DNA of 64,000 bases from Octopus sinensis (lineage: Eukaryota): positions 63,550,001 to 63,614,000 of the forward strand of contig NC_043002.1 in NCBI RefSeq assembly GCF_006345805.1, read 5' to 3'. The notes under the pieces are model-generated. The model was not told the DNA's origin, did no database searches, and was given only the letters and a program-made list of their open reading frames with translations. This document shows, one piece after another, positions 54,466 to 64,000 of this stretch. The first letter of the stretch is position 1; every line of letters begins with the position of its first letter. The translations under genes and the position numbers were made by a program.

Positions 54466-55089
54466 TACTACCCATTCTTTCCATGGAATTAGTCAAGGAG
54501 GATCTTGAATGCGTGTCTAAATTTTAAAGCATAAATTAGGGGGGAAATGGTGGGTGGTGGTTGTTTCAAAACGCTTATATATATACCCCAATATTGGGAT
54601 ATAGAAATATAATTCTGAAGTATTACTTCAGGGTTCTGTTGTAGCAGTACTTTCAACAAATGCAATAATCTAATCTCTTCATGACATGTCCTATCACACT
54701 GGAGGTTAATACCTTGAACGTCACCTAGGTTAATGCTAATGAAATCGTCTTCGCTTGTCGCATGGATGTTCTTCTAAGATTGTTAGAGATTTGCGTTCTC
54801 CATCTTTTTATCTTGTCTTCAGCTTAACATTCGGTTCGTAAACGCGAAACATGTTTTGGACGATATGATGTAGCAGTTACGAGACGAAGACCGGAAGATA
54901 TAGCTGTAGCCTGTTGGCGATTCTCTTAAAATGTGCAACACGATCGAAAACATATGTTCTGAGCAGATTAGATTATTAATAACGGTATTGATCTCCAAAC
55001 TCATCCTGTTTCGCCAGTAATATAACTTAGGTTCAATGCCTTAATTACTGAGATCGGCTCAAAGCTGTTTGTCTCTACTCTCTTCAGCG

Positions 55090-55200
55090 ACGATGACTCA
55101 GATATCCTATAATATACGTATGAAGAATTGTAGTAACAGAAAACAAGATAAGGACACATATCCGTCCAATGGAAATAATGTAAATAATCCATCTCTCCTT
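55090..55200 (+). mobile_element. old fragment of the 37-kb pLTR family
   Basis: aacaagataaggacacatatccgtccaatggaaataatgtaaataat matches 37504-37545. Confidence 0.6.
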
Positions 55201-55500
55201 TCCATTCGTCCATAATATTTAATATAAATTTTTTACACTTATGAAAAAATATATATTCATTAGATGCACGCAAAGAAACACATAGTAATGTATGTGTGCA
55301 CGTGTGCGTGTGTGCATGTGAGTATATCTGTGTGTGGGTGTGTATTCCTCTATATCTATATATGTGTAAATATAAACTTGTAGTAAGTATATTACTACAC
55401 ACACGCATAAACTCATTACACTCGCTTACAGAGTAACACGCACAGATATACATATCTACCTATCTATCTATTTATTTCTATATATGTGTGTGTGTGTATG

Positions 55501-55582
<82 letters not shown>

Positions 55583-56301
55583 ATTCTGTTCTGTTCGAGC
55601 ATTTTAGCTTCTTGTAAAATCAGCGAGTAGAGGAGTGCTACCGCTATCATTTGCCGACGAGGTGTCCAGTACTGAAGAGAGAGAGACAGAAATAGGCCGG
55701 AACCTGACTGGTATGCTGGCTCTGTTGTAGGAGTTCATTCCCGTGACTGCAGTATATCGGATGCAGTTGTGCATCATTAACCAGCTGGAGGAGTTGTCCT
55801 TTTGTGGTTAAAATATCGCTGTATATTCCCTTGGAACAGAACAGGCATGCTGAGGTGGCTACAAACATTACTTGCTAGTACAACCACTGCGATCGTGTCT
55901 TAATGACACATTAGAACAAGAGTTTTACCTTGTATACACACACACACACACACACAAGCATATATATATACGTATGGCTTTGTGCATTTAAAATTGTTTG
56001 CGGATTTTACAAGTGCTCATATAAATACTGAAAGAATTACAAGAATGTGAACTAGTTTGAAAGTCTCATTTCTACCATGTAGATATAAATTTAATATGGG
56101 CTTTTGTTAAACATACACACATACATATATACATACCTGATCTATATAGATATAGATATAGATATACGAGGGCAAAGAATAGGAATTATATATAGTTAAA
56201 AACAATTTACAATGCAATTTCTTTTTCTACTCTATTTCAATATGAAGCTGTTGTATGTCATCTTCTACTCACAATTGAAATTAATCAATAGAGACATACA
56301 G

Positions 56302-56352
<51 letters not shown>

Positions 56353-56613
56353 TGTGTGTGTCTATTTGTTTGATTGTTACCCTGTGTGTTTATGAACGTG
56401 TTACTGTGTGTGTATTCTTTTAAGAATTATTACTACTTTGTAAATTTTATGACTTGACTTGAATTTCATAAATAATCATCTCTCCTTGCAATAAATTATT
56501 TTGCGTTCAAAACTTCGAATATTTCCATTCATGCGTTAATGTGATTATAGATTCACAATGTGTATACTTGTGTGTATATATACACACACATATATATATA
56601 TACATATACATAT

Positions 56614-56644
<31 letters not shown>

Positions 56645-56679
56645 ATATATATATATTATATATATATATATATGTGGTG

Positions 56680-56721
<42 letters not shown>

Positions 56722-56732
56722 GCGTATATATA

Positions 56733-56806
<74 letters not shown>

Positions 56807-58160
56807 TATATATATATGCTTACATACATATCAATGTCTTTGTTTATCAACCTACCCACCAATATGAACATACATATACATATATATGTATACATAGAAG
56901 CATAAACATATAAGTATACATACTTATTTGTATGTATATATGTATATACATGTATCCATGCATAGATAAATTCTTACGCTCATATCTACTTAGCTATATT
57001 CATATAAATACAACATAACACTTGCAACTGTTAGTATAATAAAATTAGTGCTGGTGATAGTAAATATAGAGGTACTTCATATAACATAATGACATGTATT
57101 TAAATTGGAAATCAATCCATTAAATGTCAGCACTGATGTTCCACCACTCGGTTCACACATACATATTTTCTCCTGTTCTACAGATCGTCTTCATATTTTC
57201 CTTTCTGTTCTAGATACTTAATAATGTTAAATCTAGCGTTGTTATGGTGGTGGCATGTGTTGTTACGTGTATATTTATCTTACCCTTCAACATAAGCAAA
57301 TATGCCGTACTTCACGCACGATTTCTCCCTTTCGCCGATCTGTTACGTTGAGCAACACAAAGGGCACATACACCACATATACGTGCGAGCGTACTCACAC
57401 TCTCTCTCTCACATACACACTCACACAGATACACACAAACACAAACACACACACACAGATATCCGCTCATATATAAATGGCTTCTGCCTCTTTTGTGTTT
57501 AGCAAATTCGCTCACCAGAAATTTGCTTTGCCCGAAGTGCCGCTCCATAAGAATTTGCACGAAGCCACATGGTTGCAAAACGAGATTTTTTATGACACAC
57601 CCATGCCTGAAGAAATTCTCTGAAAACTTGATTTTAATTTAGTAATAGTTGAAAAGGAGAAAATATCTTTACTGTTCTTTTAGACAAAATTAGCCCTATA
57701 TCCTAAATACAAAATAAGAACAGTTGCAAAGTGCTGAAATAACTGTAACCCGATCATAAAATATTTACTTCACCTGAAATTCTATATTGTGGTTTTATAC
57801 AAGACATAAATGAAACAGACACAAAGCTCATACTAGTAAGCAACAAATTAATACTACTCCTAATAATAATAATAACTTCGTACGGTTGATAATAATAATG
57901 TTAATAATAACGTTTTGCGTCGGAAAAATATTTGTGGTATTTATAAAAAATACCGCAAACATTTTTCCGACGCATTGCGAGTCTTGCCACCTTGCTGCAA
58001 AATGATGAAAGCTAGACGAATTAAGGGGACACATTTTAGTCGATATCTTCGACCTCATTGCTTAACAGGCACTGCATTTTATTCGCTTCGGCAGCATGGA
58101 ATGCGATTTGGGCATACGGACGTAAAGAACCGGAAGATTAGCATTAATCAATTCTATCGA

Positions 58161-58221
58161 TGCTGCCTCTAAACATTCACAAAATCTGATTATTGCTGCC
58201 TCTAAACATTCACAAAATCTG
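58161..58221 (+). repeat. exact 28-bp direct repeat (period 33)
   Basis: tgctgcctctaaacattcacaaaatctg x2. Confidence 0.95.
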
Positions 58222-58679
58222 TAAATGTCTTTGGTGGGGATACGTGTGTACGTGTAATAATGAATAACAAATCGTAATGTCTTCGTGCAATGGTGTGTAT
58301 TTTTATGCATTTCTCTGCGTAGGTAGTGTGTCTTAAACATCAAAAGGATTTTTGATATTCTAATTTACTTAATTGATACTGCACTTAGATTACACTTGCA
58401 TAATCATGTTATATTTGCGGAAAATAATTTCGTTATGTTTCCGGCATTTCTTTCAAAAATCATTTCAAATATTAGATATTATATTAGATACTGAAATTTC
58501 AATTCTTTCTACACGTTATATTCACTGGATCTGAAGATAATTACTGGTCGTTGAATGTTATCCGTATCCATATCCCAAGTATTTATTAAGCTCTTGTGTT
58601 ATAAAGAGATAAGCATTCTTAATTACACATCGCTATACGATGTAGCGTATTTGATGACGGTTGTTGTGTTTCCGATATA

Positions 58680-58732
58680 TACTCTAACTGACGAAGATAT
58701 ATTCGTGAGAATTACGAAACAGCAAAAGAGTA
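58680..58732 (+). ncRNA. degenerate hammerhead-like motif
   Basis: TACTCT..CTGACGA..ATTC/GAAT..GAAAC-AGC..AGAGTA; stem I present but the NUH triplet appears deleted. Confidence 0.4.
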
Positions 58733-59277
58733 GAAAAGATTTCAACGACAAGTACTGGTCACCAAATAAGGTAAGTATAAAGTGATAGTAATAGAAAAGC
58801 CTTCCCCGTGAAAGGTAACAATTCATGCAATCTAATGAAGATGAAATTGTACAAAATATGCAAAGTGATAACAACCTATATAACAGCAATCAGTGTATGT
58901 TACTAAAGATAGAACATCATGAATTATAGCATCATTGCTTTTCGGTTGATTCAGCCCTGATAACCGTGAAAATTTTCAGCCTTTTTTGCAAGGAAATTAA
59001 TAGTTTCTCTCATCTGAGTCATTATAATCTCTTAACAAATAGTGAAGGTGTTCATATTTTTATTTTTCAATAATAAGTGTTATTTTATAAGTATTTACAC
59101 TGATATGTTACTTTAATACTACTAAGTTTGATATTTCTATAAATGATATAGGAATTAGATTTCGTATGTATTTTATGTTCCTTGCGGAAAGCCTTTCGGA
59201 AAAGTGAGAGGATGACATAACTCGGAGTATTTTTACAATTTATATTTAGGTGCTTAACTGTTATATTTGTTAATAAA

Positions 59278-59860
59278 GGCGGCGAGCTGGCAGAATCGTT
59301 AGCACGTCGGGCGAAATGCTTAGCGGTATTTCGTCTGCCGTTACGTTCGGAGTTCAACATTCCGCCGAGGTCGACTTTGCCTTTCATCCTTTCGGGGTCG
59401 ATTAAATAAGGACCAGTAACGCACTGGGGTCGATGTAATCGACTTAATCCGTTTGTCTGTCCTTGTTTGTCCTCTCTGTGTTTGGCCCCTTGTGGGTAGT
59501 AAAGCAATAGGTATTTCGTCTGCCGCTACGTTCTGAGTTCAAATTCCGCCGAGATGGACTTTGCCTTTCATCCTTTCGGGGTCGATAAATTAATTACCAC
59601 TTCAACACTGGAGTTGATATAATCGACTTAATCTGTTTGTCTGTCCTTGTTTGCCCCTCTGTGTTTAGCCCCTTGCGGGTAGTAAAGAAATAGGTATTCC
59701 GACTGTCTTTTCTGTATTCAAATTTCGCCGAGGTCGACTTTGGCTTTCATCCTTTCAGGCTCGATTAATTTAGTACCAGTTGAACACTGGGAGTCGATCT
59801 AATCGACTGCCCCCATCCCCCCACATTTCGGGCCTTGTGCCTAGAGTAGAAAAGAATAAT
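59278..59860 (+). mobile_element. SINE family A head plus three tandem body units
   Basis: ggcggcgagctggcagaatcgttagc followed by three ggtatt..gttcaa.ttccgccgag..ctttcatcctttc units. Confidence 0.92.
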
Positions 59861-60112
59861 AGATATTAAATACCATATATTATCTAATTTAATACCCTTG
59901 TATTATTTCGATCTGGTCAATGCTTTCTTTTCTACGGTAGTGGATATTTTAACAGCGTAATATTTTAACAGTTCAATCATTAGATTGGACCGAAAACGGC
60001 AGCATGCGTAATCATTATAGAAAGTTTTATGCTGATATGAATAAATCAGAAGCGTGCCGAAAGAAGGTCTTGTGGTCGTATGGCCAATGATGTAGGTTAT
60101 CTTAGTGAGACC

Positions 60113-60206
60113 TGTTAATCATTTTACCGCTGCTGACATATTAGTGTGTTAATCATTGCACCACCGACAACACGTTTGTATGTTAATTATTTTACCAATG
60201 ATGACA
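60113..60206 (+). repeat. degenerate 34-bp repeat x3
   Basis: tgttaat(c/t)att at 60113, 60147 and 60181. Confidence 0.75.
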
Positions 60207-60717
60207 AGCGCAATATTCTGTAACCACCCTTGCCAAATGTCTAACACAAGATTCCAACTTACTTTGTAATTACTTGTCTTTTTTCTGGATATTTCTGCCT
60301 AGCGTTATTTCTCCATGGCTCGCAGAGCTCGGAATAATCTCTATTGCCAGTACTGTATATCGTTGCCAATGCACAAATAAGAACATTGACATACATCTAT
60401 AAAGTTTTCAAGGATGCTTATGCGTTCCGGAAAATCTACACATCTACTACCGCTGAAGGCTGCGATTTTGTATGCTTAACACATTTTTTGCCACAAATTC
60501 TTTTCCTGTTAAGTGTTATAGAAAGCCATCAATAGGTGCAACAAATTTCACCTTAACAGATCTTTGCTTCTCGTGTTATGCTTGTCATTTTGTTACTAAG
60601 AAATCAGCTACATGTCATTGGATTCGTGTAAAATATACTTGCAGAGTTTCGTAAGTTTTCAACATTTGACTGCAAAAATGTACCCAATCAACATTTCGTC
60701 CATGATTGGCAAACAAC

Positions 60718-60929
60718 TACGAAGTCGTGCTGAAAAGTTCCTGGTTTTAAGGGTATCGCGAAAAGCTTGGTCCGAGTTTTTTTCTTCTCGGTGGGTCTAG
60801 AAGGAGTGAAGGACAGCTGCAATAAGGATGTGAATCTGAGAGGGAAGTATGTAAAATAAAATCATAATTAACCGCTCCTCATACATTTTATTTTACTCAA
60901 AACCAGGAACTTCTCAGCAACCTCTTGTA
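60718..60929 (+). mobile_element. mariner-derived MITE
   Basis: TA-cga..gtgctgaaaagttcctggtttt and aaaaccaggaacttctcagca..ttgTA TIRs; remnant of the transposase C-terminus. Confidence 0.88.
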
Positions 60930-61320
60930 CCCCACCTTATATTCTGTGCTAGTCGTTTAAATCGATCCCAAGGCCTGACTGATAGATATATTATGGACCA
61001 GAAAGGAAAAAAGGCAAGACGACCTCAGTGAAATGTAAGATTTGACCGTAATGAGCAGGAAGAATTTATCTAAAATTTTAACTCAATCTCAGCAATTTTA
61101 GTGCGTGTGTTATAGTGGATAACGTGGACCATATCACTCGACAGGTACGTTTCTAGGATTAGAGCCCAGAACGTAAATTATCAGAATAAAAGCTACTACG
61201 AATGTCGCCTGGGACGCTCCAACTACTGCTTACAAACCCGCTGCTGAAACACATCTGGATGAACACCAATAACTCGCTCACACAGTCAAAATATAATATA
61301 TGACTTTACAAAATATTATA

Positions 61321-61542
61321 TACGACTGGGTGCTGAAAAGTTCCTGGTTTTAAGGATATTGCGAAAGGCTTGGTTGGAGACCCAGCATTCCGAGTTCATT
61401 TGCACGTCTTAGAAAAACTGACGAATCACTACCGTAAGTGTGTGAACCTGAGAAGTGGTACACGTTTTATAAAATTATAATTATCTGTTCCTTCTGTATA
61501 TTCTTTTACTGAAAGCCAGGAACTTTTTAGCAGTACCTTGTC
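61321..61542 (+). mobile_element. mariner-derived MITE, second copy
   Basis: same TIRs gtgctgaaaagttcctggtttt and aaagccaggaactttttagca. Confidence 0.85.
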
Positions 61543-61597
61543 ATAGAATCTCCACAACCTGCATGTTCGAAGCAATAAGACCTCCGGCACTCAAATA

Positions 61598-62076
61598 CTT
61601 ACTCTCTTACTCTTTTACTTGTTTCAGTCATTTGACTGCGGCCATGCTGGAGCACCGCCTTTAGTCGAGCAAATCGACCCCAGGATTATTTTTTGTAAGC
61701 CTAGTACTTACTCTATCGGTTTCTTATGTCGAAGCGCTACGTTACGGGGACGTAAATACACCAACATCGGTTGTCAAGTGATGTCGGTGGGGGTAAAACA
61801 CAGACACACAGATATATACTTACATACACACACACACACAACACACACACAAACACGCACACACACACATACACATATATATATATATATATAGATATAG
61901 ATATATATATATATATGCCGGTCTTCTTTCAGATTCTGTCTACCAAATCCACTCACAAGTCTTTCGTCGGCCTGAGGCTATAGTAGAAGACACTTGCCCA
62001 ATATGCCACTCAGTGGGACTGAACTCGGAAACATGTGGCTGGTAAGCAAGCTACTTACCACACACCCACTTCTCCT
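61598..62076 (-). mobile_element. SINE family B full length
   Basis: reverse complement of the family B consensus, head at ~62076. Confidence 0.92.
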
Positions 62077-62379
62077 ACTTAGTGAAACACACAAGAAAAG
62101 TTTCAAAACAGTTTTACTTGGAGAAACCAAATTCGAAATCTAAAGAGATATCACAAAATAATCATTAGCTTCTCAAATCGTATTACAGAAAATTCTCGTT
62201 AATAAGACACATGGTGGTGCAATAGAAGACCGTCTGAAACCGTTAAAATGCTGGATGAGACTTAAAACTGTGCTAATAATCAAAGTAGTGTTGTAGACAT
62301 TTTCTTTTAGTAAACTTTATATTAACCATAGTCAGAGACACCACCAACAACAAACGGTCACATTTTTTAATCATCTTCG

Positions 62380-63130
62380 TCGTCAGCGCCTTTATCCACA
62401 CTATTACCAATGTCATCATCATCATCATCACCATCATTACCACAACTACCCCCCTCCACCACCCCCATCATCATCATCATCATTATCATCAACAACATCG
62501 ACGATATCTCGGTAATCATAGTAGTTTTGGTCATTGACAGAAACATCATTCTAATTATCATAGTCGTCAGCGTCATCGACATTACCCTCGTCATCACCGT
62601 CATTGTCTTCATCGACTTCTCCTTCACTCCTTCAACGCATTTTCTTTCTGTCTTCTTCTTTCCTTCATCTTTTTTTTTATTTCTTCATCTTTAACTGTGT
62701 TTTGCTTCGCCTTCATCATCTCTTTTTTCTTCTTCTTTTTCTTGTTGTTGCTATTCTTTTTCTTGTTTCTTTTTTTCTTGTTCTTGTTTTTCTTCTTTTT
62801 CATTTTCATTGTCGTCATCATCAACTTCTTCTTCTCCTTCTTCTTCTTCTTCTTCTTCTTCTTCTTCTTCTTCTTCTTCTTCTTCTTCTTCTTCTTTCTT
62901 CTTCATCATCATCATCATCATCAACTTCTCCATTTTCTTCCTTTTACTTCTTCTTCTCCTTCTTTTTCTTCTTTTTCTTTTAATCCATCAACTTCTACTT
63001 TTTCTTCTTTTTTTAATTCTTCTTCTCCTTCTTCTTCTTCTTCTTCTTCTTCTTCTTCTTCTCCTTCTTCTTCTTTTTCCTCTCTTTCTCCTCCTTGCTT
63101 CTTCTAATCTGTATTTCCATCATTCTTCCT
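62380..63130. repeat. (TCA)n/(TTC)n low-complexity tract
   Basis: long ttc runs; explains the S/F/L/E/K ORFs. Confidence 0.95.
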
Positions 63131-63463
63131 TCACCATTTGCTATTCACATTACGATTCTAGTTATTATTCTTATTATTAGCATCATTCGTTATTCTTTTT
63201 ACTATTATTTTGAAATATGTGCTGTTTATATTAAATTAATTTTCTTCTGAAACGTAACAAAACACACTAAAACACAACAAAATAATCACGGAAACAAATG
63301 AAATAAACAAGGAAATTTCACAGCATATGAAATAAAATATGAAATCGGGTTTGCAAAAATAAAAAAAAATTATAATAATAAACGAAACGTATTTGCAAGC
63401 ATATTTTAGAATGTTTGTCAAATGCATTTCCTTTCTCTGCCAAGAGATTTTGATAATTATATA

Positions 63464-63520
<57 letters not shown>

Positions 63521-63582
63521 GTAGTTGTTGTTGCTGTTGTTGTTTTTATTATCATCATTTCTATTATTGTTATTATTATTTC

Positions 63583-63649
<67 letters not shown>

Positions 63650-63848
63650 TCTATTAATATTATTACTATTATTATTATCATTATTAATTATATTATTATC
63701 TGTAGTATTCGCAATAATAGTATTATTATTATCATCATCATTATTATTATTAGTAGTAGTAGTAGTATTAGTAATAGTAGTAGTTGTAGTAGTAGTAGTA
63801 GTAGTAGTAATGGTAGTAGTAGTAGTAGTAGTTGTTGCTGTAGTTGTT

Positions 63849-63892
<44 letters not shown>

Positions 63893-63960
63893 CGCAGTAA
63901 TGGTAGTAGTAGTAGTATCGTTGATATTGTTATTGTCGTTGTTGCATTTGTTGTCATTAT
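63464..63960. repeat. (TTA)n/(GTA)n compound microsatellite
   Basis: direct reading. Confidence 0.95.
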
Positions 63961-64000
63961 ATTTTTGATGTATTTATTTATTTTGCAGACATATATATAT

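Noticed and set aside
54800-54880. Polypyrimidine tract plus CAG acceptor-like site
   Set aside because: All three downstream frames stop within ~17 codons and no donor site supports an exon.

Overview
This is AT-rich, microsatellite-dense eukaryotic DNA. Its SINE families, (TA)n/(TAA)n load and LINE types point to a coleoid cephalopod, probably Octopus; this is an inference from the repeats. I find no convincing host protein-coding exon, rRNA, true tRNA or CRISPR array. Almost all ORFs in the track are microsatellite translations (IYIY, HTHT, LLLL, IIII) or pieces of SINEs. The window is an intronic or intergenic mosaic of: tRNA-derived SINEs (Meta-like, CORE-like and V-like cores); a stack of R4/Dong-type RLE LINE 3' fragments in a (TAA)n tract (26.2-29.7 kb); CR1, RTE and Penelope remnants; and mariner pieces and MITEs. 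The most notable signal is a population of short, non-coding, head-to-head fold-back elements from unrelated sequence families. They share one geometry: a shorter inverted left arm, a longer right arm, and 12-17 bp target-site duplications (TSDs) where these can be read. Several carry type-I hammerhead ribozyme motifs (CUGANGA...GAAAC...GUH with a palindromic stem III) on both strands, as in Penelope-like element (PLE) pseudo-LTRs. One of them (37052-37578) also encloses a tRNA-derived Pol III head, which suggests a SINE/hammerhead chimera mobilised by a Penelope-like element. Everything here was read by eye, and coordinates of degenerate elements are approximate.
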